Made by a program: the position numbers and the translations under genes. A stretch of DNA of 64,000 bases from Deltaproteobacteria bacterium. Its GTDB lineage: Bacteria; Desulfobacterota; SM23-61. Where the stretch lies: positions 33,033 through 97,032 of the forward strand of contig VGSF01000002.1 of assembly GCA_016875165.1 (NCBI GenBank), read 5' to 3'. Numbering within the stretch: position 1 is the first letter of the stretch; each line of letters starts with the position of its first letter. The notes beneath the pieces are model-generated. The model made no database searches and had not been told where the DNA came from. It worked only from the letters and a program-made list of their open reading frames with translations. Positions 1 through 9,903 of the stretch are shown piece after piece.

Positions 1-1
1 T

Positions 2-2602
2 AACGAGCTTAAAAAAGAAGAAGGGGTTTCCCCCTGGGCTATTTTTTTCAACCAGTTCAAGAATATTCTCATTGTCATTCTTCTCGTGGCCATCGGGCTT
101 TCGGCGCTGATCGGGGAGCTGGTGGATGCAGCCATCATCGCCGTGATCGTCGTCTTTTGCGCAGTCCTGGGGTTTATTCAGGAGTACCGCGCCGAGCGGG
201 CCCTGGATGCTTTGAAGAAGATGCTCTCTCCAACCATTACCGTTTTAAGAGGAGGGCGGGAAGCGGATATTCCCTCGAAAGAACTTGTCCCCGGAGACAT
301 AATGCTCCTGGAAGCGGGAGATAAGATCCCGGCCGACGCCCGCCTGGTGGAAAGCCATTCATTGAGATGCGATGAAGCTCCGCTAACAGGGGAGTCCGTG
401 CCAGTGAGCAAAAATATTCAGCCTTCATCTGAAGAGGTGCGGGTCAGCGATCGCAAAAACATGATCTTCACCGGGACCACCGTTACTTATGGACGAGGGA
501 AAGCAGTCGTCACTTCCACCGGCATGAATACGGAATTTGGCAAAATCGCCGAGGAAGTTACGAGTGTGGAGATTGAGAAGACTCCTCTGGAAAAGAGAAC
601 GGCAGAGATCGGAAAATGGCTGGGTATCGTCGCCGTGTCGATCTGTATCCTGGTTGCCGGAATCAGCATCTTCAGGGAAGCGATCTGGGGCAAAATAGAC
701 CTGCAATTCGTCATCACCATGGTGATGTTTACTGTGGCCCTCGCTGTAGCAGCAGTTCCTGAGGCGCTGGCAGCCATTGTAACAGGAGCTCTGGCCATCG
801 GGATGCATCAGATGGCCAAAAAAAATGCGCTAATAAGAAAAATGCCCGCGGTCGAGACTTTGGGATGCACCACAGTCATCTGCTCTGATAAGACCGGGAC
901 CCTCACCAAAGGAGAGATGACCGTCAGAAAGATCTTCGCCAAGGGCAAAATAGTGGAGGTGAGCGGAATTGGTTATGACCCCGTGGGTGAGTTTAAAGGA
1001 GCAGATCCAGTGGAAATCACCAAGAGCAACTCTTTACGAATGCTTTTGCAGGCAGGGATTTTATGCAGTGACGCCGACCTTCATCAGCAGAACGGAAAAT
1101 GGTTGATCAAAGGAGATCCCACCGAGGGGGCCCTGGTTGTAGCCGCAGCCAAAGCCGGCCTTTCGATCCATGAAATAAAGCTGGAGAACCCCAGGATTGA
1201 GGAAATTCCTTTTAGCTCCGAGAGGAAAAGAATGACGACCATCCATCAAATGCCCGATGGGAAAAAGGTCGCTTTCATGAAGGGAGCTCCGGAGGTTATC
1301 CTGGGAAAATGCCCTTATATTCTTGAAGACGGAGGCTGGAGAAACCTCCCTGGAGAGGAAAAAGCGGACATATTGCGGGCAAACGAGGAGATGGCCCAGG
1401 CGGCTTTGCGGGCCCTGGGGATTGCTTACCGGGATCTTCCCGATGGAACCGGCTACAGCGAGGATTTTATTGAAAAGGATTTGATCTTTCTGGGCATAGT
1501 GGGCATGATGGACCCCCCGCGGGAAGAAGCGATTGAGGCCACCAAAGTATGTAGGCAGGTGGGCATTAAACCCATTATGATTACCGGAGACCATAAGCTA
1601 ACGGCCGTGGCCGTGGCCAAGGAGATCGGATTTTACAAGGACGGCGACAAGGTGCTCACCGGAGAAGAACTGGAAAAGATGAGCGATGAGGAGTTTGAGA
1701 AGATTGTTTGTCAGGTCACGGTTTATGCTCGAGTCTCCCCTTCGGATAAATTAAAGATCGTAAAAGCCTGGAAGAAACAAGGGGAAGTCGTCGCCATGAC
1801 CGGCGACGGAGTCAACGATGCTCCGGCCCTCAAACAGGCCGACATCGGCATTGCCATGGGGATTACAGGAACCGAGGTGACCAAAGAAGCAGCGGATATG
1901 GTCCTGAGCGATGATAACTTTGCCACCATTGTAACTGCCATTGAGCGGGGAAGATGGATCTATGACAATATTAAAAAATATCTCACCTACCTCCTGAGAT
2001 GCAACATTACCGAAGTGGCCGTGATCGGAGGATTTGTTTTATTCATGGGGCCGGAGTATCTTCCTCTCCTCCCCGCAGCCATCCTGTACATCAACCTGGC
2101 GACCGATGGGCTTCCGGCCCTGGCTTTAGGGGTCGCTCCTCCTGATCCGGACATCATGCAGCGGCCGCCGCGCGACCCAAAAGAGAGCGTCTTTTCCTGG
2201 GACGTAAAAGCCTTCATACTCATGGCCCTGGTCATTGAGATCCCTCTCTTTGCCTTCCTCTTTTTTCACGAGCTAAACGATATTACCCACGCCCGGACAG
2301 AGATGTTTTTCCTTTTCATTGCTATTGAGATTATTATCGCCCTCAACTTCCGCTCCATGAGATACAGCATCTTTAAGGCCCCGCCCCATAAATGGCTCCT
2401 CATTGCCATTTTATGGGAAGTGATCCTGATTGCCATCCTGATTCAAATTCCCTCGGTGCGAGAAGCGTTTGGAATTCAAATGCCCACCGTTTCCGATCTT
2501 GGGATCGTTTTTGCCTTTGGTCTAGTAGTCTTTATATCGATGGAAGTGATCAAGGCCGTTTTGCGCAAGAAGCTGCAGCCGGGCAGGAAGATAGCCTCGT
2601 AG
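2..2602 (+). CDS. Cation-transporting P-type ATPase (type IIA, Ca2+-ATPase-like), 5' end cut by window edge
   Basis: The frame is open from base 2 (NELKKEEGVSPWAIFFNQFKNILIVILL...), so the listed GTG at 86 is internal. P-type signatures are present: PLTGES, CSDKTGTLT (phospho-Asp) and TGDGVNDAPALKQADIGIAMG. The C-terminus has TM helices. Confidence 0.9.
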   Translation, partial: NELKKEEGVSPWAIFFNQFKNILIVILLVAIGLSALIGELVDAAIIAVIVVFCAVLGFIQEYRAERALDALKKMLSPTITVLRGGREADIPSKELVPGDIMLLEAGDKIPADARLVESHSLRCDEAPLTGESVPVSKNIQPSSEEVRVSDRKNMIFTGTTVTYGRGKAVVTSTGMNTEFGKIAEEVTSVEIEKTPLEKRTAEIGKWLGIVAVSICILVAGISIFREAIWGKIDLQFVITMVMFTVALAVAAVPEALAAIVTGALAIGMHQMAKKNALIRKMPAVETLGCTTVICSDKTGTLTKGEMTVRKIFAKGKIVEVSGIGYDPVGEFKGADPVEITKSNSLRMLLQAGILCSDADLHQQNGKWLIKGDPTEGALVVAAAKAGLSIHEIKLENPRIEEIPFSSERKRMTTIHQMPDGKKVAFMKGAPEVILGKCPYILEDGGWRNLPGEEKADILRANEEMAQAALRALGIAYRDLPDGTGYSEDFIEKDLIFLGIVGMMDPPREEAIEATKVCRQVGIKPIMITGDHKLTAVAVAKEIGFYKDGDKVLTGEELEKMSDEEFEKIVCQVTVYARVSPSDKLKIVKAWKKQGEVVAMTGDGVNDAPALKQADIGIAMGITGTEVTKEAADMVLSDDNFATIVTAIERGRWIYDNIKKYLTYLLRCNITEVAVIGGFVLFMGPEYLPLLPAAILYINLATDGLPALALGVAPPDPDIMQRPPRDPKESVFSWDVKAFILMALVIEIPLFAFLFFHELNDITHARTEMFFLFIAIEIIIALNFRSMRYSIFKAPPHKWLLIAILWEVILIAILIQIPSVREAFGIQMPTVSDLGIVFAFGLVVFISMEVIKAVLRKKLQPGRKIAS

Positions 2603-3221
2603 ATTCAAGGCGGTTCCGAATAAGGGGAAAGTTTTTCCCTATTCTTCTTTTTCGGGGGGAGAGGGTGGAGATTTCCTGGCATTTCACCGAGGGGGATTTT
2701 TAAAGGCAGCTACCCGAGGGAAAAAAGGATTTTCTCTCTCTTTCCACTCCCCGTTTTTATGAGAAGAATCGATTTGTTTTTTTAGCCGGGAACACGGGGA
2801 ATTCGGCTTTTTACCTGGAGGAGGGAAAGGTCTGGATCTTTCGCATTACCCATTATGCTGGATGCCAAACAGCGGGCGATCGAGCGGGAATTGGGGGAGA
2901 AAATAAGGCTCCCGGTTTTTTATATTACGCAGTTGTTAGGGATGGCCCTGGGTATTGATCAGAAAAAATTGGGCCTTAACCGGCTGATCACTTCGCCCAA
3001 GAAATTTTTAGAGAATTTATGCCCCAGAGGAATGCTTCAAAGGGAAAAACCTTGACTTCAGGAGGAGCATTGGATATTATAAAAAAATAGATTTTATATG
3101 GGTTTCGCTCAAATAAAAGTTTTTTGACCCAGCCTGTTTACTATTCAAAAAAGATCAAAGCTTGTTATTTTACATAGCGACAAATTATTTTGCGTATATT
3201 TACAATAACCTCATATCCTCT

Positions 3222-3313
3222 GTCATTCCGGGCTTGACCCGGAATCCAGCCTACTTTCTGGATTCCCGCTTTCGCGGGAATGACGAAAATGGGACAAAAA
3301 GGACTTTTTACGA
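3222..3313. repeat. MITE/REP-like nested-palindrome repeat (GTCATTCC...GGAATGAC type), right end CTTTTTACGA
   Basis: Sequence gtcattccgggcttgacccggaatccag...ggattcccgctttcgcgggaatgac...ctttttacga. It belongs to the same family as the copies at 8249, 41094, 44491, 53661 and 63705. Confidence 0.7.
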
Positions 3314-3385
3314 ATCCAACAAGTAAGGTTGTTTATCGTTTCAGTTTTTAGGGCGTGATTGAAATAAAAAATGGAGGAGAAAGAA

Positions 3386-4582
3386 ATGGCTAAATCAGAA
3401 ACCCCGTTTTTGGATGAGCTGGAAAAAGGGGAATGGCCGAGCTTTGTGAAAGACATGAAGCAGGCCGCCGAAAAAAAGCCCATGGCCAAAGACCTCTTGC
3501 GTCAGCTCGAGCTTTCCTATAAAGAAAAGATCGGGCATTGGAAGCACGGAGGCATCGTGGGCGTCAAAGGGTATGGGGGAGGAGTGATTGGAAGATACTC
3601 CGATCGGCCGGACTTATTCCCGGGCGTGGAGCACTTCCACACCATGCGGGTCAACCACCCGACGGGATGGTTCTACACAACCAAGGCTCTACGGACACTT
3701 TGCGACATCTGGGACAAACACGGCAGCGGTCTGACCAACATGCACGGCTCTACGGGAGACATCATTTTGCTGGGAACCACCACCGACCATTTGCAGTCCT
3801 GTTTTGATGATCTCTCCGACGCCGGGTTTGACCTGGGGGGGTCAGGGTCGGCTCTGCGGACTCCCAGCGCCTGCGTCGGCCCGGCCCGTTGCGAATGGGC
3901 CTGCATCGACAGCCTAAATATCTGTTATGACATCACCATGAGTTTTCAGGATCAGCTGCACCGCCCGATGTTCCCTTACAAATTCAAAATCAAAGTTTCG
4001 GGCTGCGCCAATGACTGCGTCGCTTCCATCGCCCGGTCGGATTTTTCGATTATCGGCACCTGGAAGGGTAAGATCCAGATCGACCAAAAAGAAGTTCAGG
4101 CCTATGCGACCGCCGGACTGGATGTCAAAGCTGAGATCACGGACCTCTGCCCGACAAAATGCATGACCTGGGATGAAAAGGCGAAAACGCTGGCGATTGA
4201 AGATGCCGACTGCACCCGCTGCATGCATTGCATCAACATGATGCCCAAGGCCCTGCGCCAGGGAAAAGAAAAGGGCGCCACCCTGCTGATCGGCGGCAAG
4301 GCCCCCATTGTCCAGGGCGCGCTGCTTTCCACGGTCATCGTGCCTTTCATGAAACTGGAGCCTCCCTATCAGGAGTTGAAAGACCTGATTTTAAAGATCC
4401 TTGACTGGTGGGATGAACACGGCAAGATGCGGGAAAGAGTGGGAGAGCTGATCAATCGGCTGGGCATGCGAACATTTCTTAAGGACATAGGGTTAAAACC
4501 GGTTCCCCAGATGGTCAAGAACCCGCGAACGAACCCCTATGTGTTCTTCTGGCCCGAAGATATCAAGAAGGAGGTAAAGTAA
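3386..4582 (+). CDS. dsrA: Dissimilatory sulfite reductase alpha subunit
   Basis: The ATG at 3386 lies 6 nt after the RBS GGAGGAG (3373-3379). Sulfite-reductase hemoprotein pattern ([16 protein letters not shown]) and a ferredoxin-like [12 protein letters not shown]. It is immediately followed by dsrB and dsrD. Confidence 0.9.
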   Translation: MAKSETPFLDELEKGEWPSFVKDMKQAAEKKPMAKDLLRQLELSYKEKIGHWKHGGIVGVKGYGGGVIGRYSDRPDLFPGVEHFHTMRVNHPTGWFYTTKALRTLCDIWDKHGSGLTNMHGSTGDIILLGTTTDHLQSCFDDLSDAGFDLGGSGSALRTPSACVGPARCEWACIDSLNICYDITMSFQDQLHRPMFPYKFKIKVSGCANDCVASIARSDFSIIGTWKGKIQIDQKEVQAYATAGLDVKAEITDLCPTKCMTWDEKAKTLAIEDADCTRCMHCINMMPKALRQGKEKGATLLIGGKAPIVQGALLSTVIVPFMKLEPPYQELKDLILKILDWWDEHGKMRERVGELINRLGMRTFLKDIGLKPVPQMVKNPRTNPYVFFWPEDIKKEVK

Positions 4583-4584
4583 AA

Positions 4585-5646
4585 ATGGCCAAAACGGATA
4601 TTGGACCGCCCAACTATAAAAATTTCATGCCGCCGGTGATTCAGAAGAATTACGGGAAATGGCAATACCATGAAATTCTCCAACCGGGCCTGCTGAAACA
4701 TGTGGGCGAAACCGGTGAAGAGATCTACACCGTGCGCGCTGGTTCACCCAGGCTGATGAGCACGGATCATATCCGGGAGATCTGCGAAATCGCCGAAAAG
4801 TATTGCGATGGCTTTCTGCGCTTCACCAGCCGGCACAATATTGAGTTTCTCCTGACTGATAAAGCGAAGATTGAACCTTTGATAGCCGAATTGAAAAGCA
4901 AAAAATACCCGGTCGGCGGGACCGGCCATTGCGTAACCAATATCGTGCATACCCAGGGCTGGGTTCACTGCCATACGCCGGCAACGGACGCTTCCGGGCC
5001 GGTGAAAGCGGTCATGGACGAACTCCACGAGTATTTCTCCACCATGACCATGCCCTCCCAGGTGCGCATCGCCCTGGCCTGCTGCCTGAACATGTGCGGG
5101 GCAGTGCACTGTTCGGACATCGCCATCCTGGGGATCCACCGCACGGTACCCAAGCCGGACCATTCCCGGGTGCCCAACGTTTGCGAGATTCCCACAACAG
5201 TGGCCTCCTGCCCAACCGGAGCGATCCGACCTGACCCCAAAACCAAGAGTGTGACCATTAACGAAGATAAGTGCATGTATTGCGGAAACTGTTATACGGT
5301 CTGTCCGGCTCTTCCCCTGGCAGATCCGGAAAACGACGGAATTTCCATCTGGGTCGGCGGCAAAGTTTCCAATGCCCGGAGTGCGCCCATGTTTTCCAAA
5401 TTGGCCGTTCCCTTCCTGCCCAACAACCCGCCAAGATGGCCGGAGACGGTGGCGGCCGTGAAGAATATCGTGGAAACCTACGCCAAACACGCCCGCAAGC
5501 ATGAGCGTATGGGAGAATGGATTAACCGCATCGGCTGGGAAAGGTTCTTCCGTTTGACGGGGATTGAATTCACTGATAAGCACATTGATGACTTCACCAC
5601 GGCTTCGGAAACCTATCGCACCACTACCCAATTTAAGTGGGGTTGA
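4585..5646 (+). CDS. dsrB: Dissimilatory sulfite reductase beta subunit
   Basis: Starts 2 nt after the dsrA stop. Carries [16 protein letters not shown] and the ferredoxin insert [12 protein letters not shown]. Confidence 0.9.
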   Translation: MAKTDIGPPNYKNFMPPVIQKNYGKWQYHEILQPGLLKHVGETGEEIYTVRAGSPRLMSTDHIREICEIAEKYCDGFLRFTSRHNIEFLLTDKAKIEPLIAELKSKKYPVGGTGHCVTNIVHTQGWVHCHTPATDASGPVKAVMDELHEYFSTMTMPSQVRIALACCLNMCGAVHCSDIAILGIHRTVPKPDHSRVPNVCEIPTTVASCPTGAIRPDPKTKSVTINEDKCMYCGNCYTVCPALPLADPENDGISIWVGGKVSNARSAPMFSKLAVPFLPNNPPRWPETVAAVKNIVETYAKHARKHERMGEWINRIGWERFFRLTGIEFTDKHIDDFTTASETYRTTTQFKWG

Positions 5647-5648
5647 AA

Positions 5649-5873
5649 ATGAGCGCAGAGACCAAAGAAAAAGTATTGGAATATCTTCGGGAAAAATCCA
5701 AAGGGGATAAGAAAAAATATTACGTGAAGGAAGTAGTGAAGGGGCTTCCCAATGAAGATCGCCATGCGATTCAAGATGCGGTGAAAGAACTGCTTGACGA
5801 GGGAACCCTGAAGTATTGGTCCAGCGGCAGCACCACGTATGTTATGCTCGCCGAATTTTTCCCAAAAGAGTAG
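5649..5873 (+). CDS. dsrD: DsrD (small winged-helix protein of dsr loci)
   Basis: 74 aa, beginning MSAETKEK directly after dsrB. Lys-rich KGDKKKYYVKEV and a YWSSGSTTY motif, both typical of DsrD. Confidence 0.8.
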   Translation: MSAETKEKVLEYLREKSKGDKKKYYVKEVVKGLPNEDRHAIQDAVKELLDEGTLKYWSSGSTTYVMLAEFFPKE

Positions 5874-5885
5874 CTTTATAAAATT

Positions 5886-7316
5886 ATGAACGGGGCAATT
5901 CCTCGGCTGGTCATTGCGGCTTTGCGGGGGGGAGCGGGGAAGACCACGCTTTCCCTCGGCATGGCCGCGGCCTGGAATAGACGCGGTAAGAAAGTAGCCT
6001 CGTTTAAAAAAGGACCGGATTACATAGACGCCGCCTGGCTTTCGGTGGCTGCCGGGAATCCCTGCCACAACCTGGATACTTTTTTAATGGGAGGCAGGGA
6101 AGTCCAGCGATCGTTCTGGCAGAATGCTAAAGCAGCTGATATCGCTTTGATCGAAGGCAACCGGGGCCTTTATGACGGGGTGGATGGCGGAGGAAGCCAC
6201 AGCACCGCTGAGCTGGCCAAGCTCCTCCGCGCGCCGGTCATCCTGATTATTGACTGCAATAAAGTAACCCGGACAGCCGCGGCCATGGTTTTGGGGTGCC
6301 AGAAATTGGACCAGGAGGTGGACATCCGGGGCGTGATCCTTAACCAGGTGGCCCGCAGCCGGCACGAAGATATTTTGCGGAGGTCCATTGAGAAAATTTG
6401 CCACCTTCCAGTCATGGGGGCCGTTCCCCGGATGGAGGATTTTCCGTTTCCCGAAAGGCATCTGGGGCTTACGCCTCCGCAAGAGCATGCCCGTGTGCAA
6501 AATGCTCTGAAAAGAGCGATGGAGGTAGCTGAAAAGTATCTGAACCTAGATCAACTTTGGGAGATCGCCGAAAAAAACTCATGGCGGGTTGTCCGAATTT
6601 CCGGGATCAGGGAAGAAAAAACGGTTCTTGGTGAGCACGGAACAAGTTCAGATAAGCCGGTCATAGGGGTAGTTAAGGATTCAGCCTTTCAATTTTATTA
6701 TCCGGAAAATTTACAGGCCCTTTCTGACCGCGGGGCCAAAGTAATTGAAGTAAGCGCGATGCAGGAAAAAGAACTGCCGCCGGTGGATGCTCTTTACATC
6801 GGCGGAGGATTTCCGGAAACGCATGCTAAACGCCTAACTGAAAACATTAGCTTTCGTAATTCTCTTCGCCAAGCCGTGGAAAACGGCCTGCCAGTCTATG
6901 CGGAATGCGGCGGGTTGATGTACCTGGGGGAGAGCCTGGTTATTTCCGGCCAGAATTTTCCCATGGCCGGAGTATTACCTGTGGCTTTTCAGATGGAGAG
7001 GCGGCCCCAGGGACATGGCTATACCCTTTGGGAAATTGAAAAAGAAAATCCGTTTTTTCCAGTGGGGTTGGTTTTAAAAGGCCACGAGTTTCATTACTCG
7101 CGCCTCCTCTGGCTGCGGGAAGACGAAGCTTATCTCGCCTATGCCATGAAACGAGGAGCAGGCATCGACGGGAAGAAGGACGGGCTCTGCTGCAAGAATG
7201 TTTTGGCCACTTTTTCCCACATTCATGCCCTGGGAACCGGGGAATGGAGTCATGCCCTGGTGGAGAAAGCCCGAAAATATCGCCTGGGCAAAAAAAACAC
7301 GATGGCGGTTGTTTAA
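5886..7316 (+). CDS. dsrN: Cobyrinic acid a,c-diamide synthase homologue (DsrN, siroheme amidase-like)
   Basis: N-terminal P-loop GGAGKTT, CobB/CobQ-like glutamine amidotransferase C-terminal half (YAECGGLMYL), and a position after dsrABD. Confidence 0.8.
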   Translation: MNGAIPRLVIAALRGGAGKTTLSLGMAAAWNRRGKKVASFKKGPDYIDAAWLSVAAGNPCHNLDTFLMGGREVQRSFWQNAKAADIALIEGNRGLYDGVDGGGSHSTAELAKLLRAPVILIIDCNKVTRTAAAMVLGCQKLDQEVDIRGVILNQVARSRHEDILRRSIEKICHLPVMGAVPRMEDFPFPERHLGLTPPQEHARVQNALKRAMEVAEKYLNLDQLWEIAEKNSWRVVRISGIREEKTVLGEHGTSSDKPVIGVVKDSAFQFYYPENLQALSDRGAKVIEVSAMQEKELPPVDALYIGGGFPETHAKRLTENISFRNSLRQAVENGLPVYAECGGLMYLGESLVISGQNFPMAGVLPVAFQMERRPQGHGYTLWEIEKENPFFPVGLVLKGHEFHYSRLLWLREDEAYLAYAMKRGAGIDGKKDGLCCKNVLATFSHIHALGTGEWSHALVEKARKYRLGKKNTMAVV

Positions 7317-7321
7317 GGGAA

Positions 7322-8140
7322 ATGGAAGACATCCGGGTAGCGGCAGTGGTGATGGAATCCAAAGTGGGGAAGAAAGCGGAGAACCTGGCCCGGATGGAAT
7401 CCTTTGTGCGCCGGGCAGCTGATCAAGGCGCGCAGATTGTCTGTTTCCCGGAACTGAACATCAGCGGGTACAGCCTGCGGCAAAATATGCTTTCCTTTGC
7501 CGAGAAAATACCCGGGCCAATCACCCAGGCGGTTTTGAAGATGGCCAGAGAGCACGGCCTTTTAATCCTGGCCGGGTTAGCAGAGGAAGGACCAGAAGGA
7601 AGATTTTTTATCAGCCATTTTGCGGCCAGCCCGGAGGGACTATTGGGGATTTACCGCAAGCTCCATTTAGGCCCACCGGAAGAAGGGGTTTATCAACCCG
7701 GCGGGGATTGGCCGGTTTTTCAATTTGCCGGATGTACATTTGGCATGGAACTCTGCTTCGACGCCCATTTTCCGGAGCTAAGCACGCTGCTGGCCCTGAA
7801 GGGCGCAGAGATTATTTTTATGCCCCACGCTTCGCCGCGGGAGACCCCCGCCGATAAAAAAGAGCGCTTCTTGCGTTATCTTACGGCGCGGGCTTATGAC
7901 AACAGCGCTTATGTAGTGGCCTGCAATCAAACGGGTGAGACGGAATCGGGTTTAGCTTTCCCGGGAACGGCCCTCATTTTAAATCCCCGGGGGGAAGTGA
8001 TGGCGGCGAACGGCGATGGCGGAGAAGAAATGATCTTTGCTGATCTTAAAGGAGCCGAGCTTAAAAAAGTGAGGGAGAATCCGCAAGGATTTTTTTTAAA
8101 AAGACGGCGTCCGGCCTTATATAAAGAACTGGCAGTTTAG
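7322..8140 (+). CDS. Carbon-nitrogen hydrolase (nitrilase superfamily) protein
   Basis: Likely start is MEDIRVAAVVME at 7322; the upstream part of the listed ORF overlaps dsrN. Has the CFPEL, RKLHL and MELCFD (catalytic Cys) pattern. Confidence 0.75.
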   Translation: MEDIRVAAVVMESKVGKKAENLARMESFVRRAADQGAQIVCFPELNISGYSLRQNMLSFAEKIPGPITQAVLKMAREHGLLILAGLAEEGPEGRFFISHFAASPEGLLGIYRKLHLGPPEEGVYQPGGDWPVFQFAGCTFGMELCFDAHFPELSTLLALKGAEIIFMPHASPRETPADKKERFLRYLTARAYDNSAYVVACNQTGETESGLAFPGTALILNPRGEVMAANGDGGEEMIFADLKGAELKKVRENPQGFFLKRRRPALYKELAV

Positions 8141-8149
8141 AGGGGAAAA

Positions 8150-8210
8150 CAGAAGCCAGAAGACAGAAGTCGGGAGTCAGAAGAAGTTATTCTAAATTCT
8201 GAGTTCTATG
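8150..8210. repeat. Degenerate (A/G)GTCAGAA-type short tandem repeat with inverted partner
   Basis: Sequence cagaagccagaagacagaagtcgggagtcagaagaag followed by ttctaaattctgagttct. Same type as the repeat at 59781-59910. Confidence 0.5.
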
Positions 8211-8248
8211 AAGGGCAATTATCAATAATCAATAGGCAATAATGATGG

Positions 8249-8378
8249 TTTCGTAAAAAATAAAGAAAGCCGTCACTCCCGCGAAAGCGGGAGTCCAGAA
8301 CTCCTTGAAATAACTGGATTCCGGCTTTCGCCGGAATGACGAATTATATTGAATTTCGACTTTTTACGAGTTCATCAA
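8249..8378. repeat. MITE with TIR TTCGTAAAAA...TTTTTACGAGTTCATCAA and nested palindromes
   Basis: The ends ggtttcgtaaaaaa ... cgactttttacgagttcatcaa are inverted repeats. The interior holds gtcactcccgcgaaagcgggagtc and attccggctttcgccggaat hairpins. Confidence 0.75.
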
Positions 8379-8413
8379 TGGTCAATTATCAATAGAAAGA
8401 GGAGGATTTCAGG

Positions 8414-8734
8414 ATGCCCATAATCGAATTAGCAGGAAAATCTTATGACGTGGATGAAGATGGTTTCCTTCAGGAATTAGACAAGTGGAACGAGGAGTTT
8501 GCCAAGGCTTATGCCAAAGAAGAAGGCATCGAAGGCACCTTAACCGAAGAGCACTGGAAGGTGATTAATTATTTAAGAAATTATTACCAGCAGTTCGGCA
8601 TTGCGCCGATGATCCGGAAGCTCTGTAAAGAAACCGGTTTTGACCTGAAAAAAATCTACCAGCTCTTTCCCTCGGGACCTGCCAAGGGGGCGTGCAAACT
8701 GGCCGGATTAGCCAAGCCTACAGGCTGCGTCTGA
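8414..8734 (+). CDS. dsrC: DsrC sulfur-carrier protein
   Basis: 106 aa. The C-terminal arm GACKLAGLAKPTGCV carries the two conserved Cys. RBS GAGGAGG lies upstream. Confidence 0.9.
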   Translation: MPIIELAGKSYDVDEDGFLQELDKWNEEFAKAYAKEEGIEGTLTEEHWKVINYLRNYYQQFGIAPMIRKLCKETGFDLKKIYQLFPSGPAKGACKLAGLAKPTGCV

Positions 8735-8753
8735 AACCAAGATTTTAAAAAAA

Positions 8754-8784
8754 GGGAGGCGGGATACTCCCGGCCTCTTTTCGA
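8754..8784 (+). terminator. Putative intrinsic terminator after dsrC
   Basis: gaggcggga-tac-tcccggcctc stem followed by tttt. Confidence 0.45.
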
Positions 8785-8877
8785 AAAGGCGCTGGTTTTT
8801 ACCCTTAAACGTTGGCCAGCCTTCCGGCGGATATAAAGGGGAATTTCCCTTTTTAATTTCCGGCTAAGAGGTTCAAG

Positions 8878-9300
8878 ATGAACCTGATGACCATTAGGCA
8901 CGAGAAAGGGCTATGCTTTTCGATCCAGGTGCGGGGGCACAGGTTTCTGATGGATATGCCCAGAGAGGCCAAAGGGGGAGATCGCGGACCATCTCCGGCT
9001 GATTTCCTGGCGGCGGCGTTGGGCGGCTGTATGGGAATGCATATGCTTCTGTATGGGCAAACCTCCGGCCTTTCCTGTGAGGGAATGGAGATGAACCTGG
9101 TTTACAACATCGTGGAGGAAAAAGGCCAGAAGAGGATTGGAGCCGTCACCGTGGATGTCTCTTTGCCCCAGGATCCGGGAGCGCGGGAGGCCGCTTTCCT
9201 TAGGGCGGCTCAGCATTGCATCATCCGGAACTCTCTTACGAAGGCTCCAGAAATAGATATAGCCATCACCGGGGGAGATGGTCAGGGAAGAAATTTCTGA
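8878..9300 (+). CDS. OsmC/Ohr-family protein
   Basis: 140 aa with a GPSPADFLAAALGGCMGM motif typical of the OsmC family. Confidence 0.7.
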   Translation: MNLMTIRHEKGLCFSIQVRGHRFLMDMPREAKGGDRGPSPADFLAAALGGCMGMHMLLYGQTSGLSCEGMEMNLVYNIVEEKGQKRIGAVTVDVSLPQDPGAREAAFLRAAQHCIIRNSLTKAPEIDIAITGGDGQGRNF

Positions 9301-9333
9301 AAGCGCAGGAATATCCTTTACCGGGAGATAGAA

Positions 9334-9861
9334 GTGGGCCTGAGGGGACTTTTATCGCAGAAAAAATTATCCATTCTGACAAAATGGTTCGATGAGGTTC
9401 TGAACTCCTACCCGACAGACTCCCAAATTTTTTTAAGAAAAACGGGAGATCGTTTTGCCAACCCGGTAGGCTCCACGATCCTTGAATCCCTTGAGGGGTT
9501 GTATGGAGAGCTGGTTGGGGGTATGGAGGAAGAAAAAGTTTTACCTTTTCTCAACCCCATCATCCAGATTCAGGCAGTTCAGCAAATTTCTCCCTCCCAG
9601 GCTATTTCCTTTATCCCCTCTCTCAAAAAAATCGTTAGCCTTGAGTTAAAAGATGAAATCCAGGGGAACCGCCTCTTTAAAGAGTTAAATGAATTTGACT
9701 CTGAGGTGGATCAATTAACCCTTCTTTCCTTCGATATGTACATGGTCTGCCGGGAGAAGATCAACGAAATCAAAATTAAAGAGCTGAAAAACAGACAGGA
9801 AGAAGTTTGGCAGAGAATAAATAAGACCTATGAGAAAAAAGCTGCGAGGGGAAGTGTATGA
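9334..9861 (+). CDS. Hypothetical protein, DsrT-like by position (RsbRD-N-like)
   Basis: 175-aa ORF (GTG start) directly upstream of dsrM. The assignment rests on synteny recalled for dsrT-dsrMKJOP loci, not on a clear motif. Confidence 0.45.
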   Translation: MGLRGLLSQKKLSILTKWFDEVLNSYPTDSQIFLRKTGDRFANPVGSTILESLEGLYGELVGGMEEEKVLPFLNPIIQIQAVQQISPSQAISFIPSLKKIVSLELKDEIQGNRLFKELNEFDSEVDQLTLLSFDMYMVCREKINEIKIKELKNRQEEVWQRINKTYEKKAARGSV

Positions 9862-9903
9862 ACGGTCGCCAGGACTTATTAAGGTGAAGCGGGAGAAGGC
9901 CTT

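Noticed and set aside
2855-3055. 66-aa ORF between the ATPase gene and dsrA.
   Set aside because: No RBS and no recognisable motif, and it lies in a region otherwise made of regulatory or repeat DNA. There is too little support to call it a gene.
4744-5631. 295-aa minus-strand ORF antisense to dsrB. Similar long antisense ORFs lie at 11088-11726, 12846-13655, 37105-37818, 59030-59764 and 63029-63718.
   Set aside because: Each lies wholly inside a well-supported gene on the other strand. They have Arg/Gly/Pro-rich, low-complexity composition typical of antisense frames, and no motifs or RBS.
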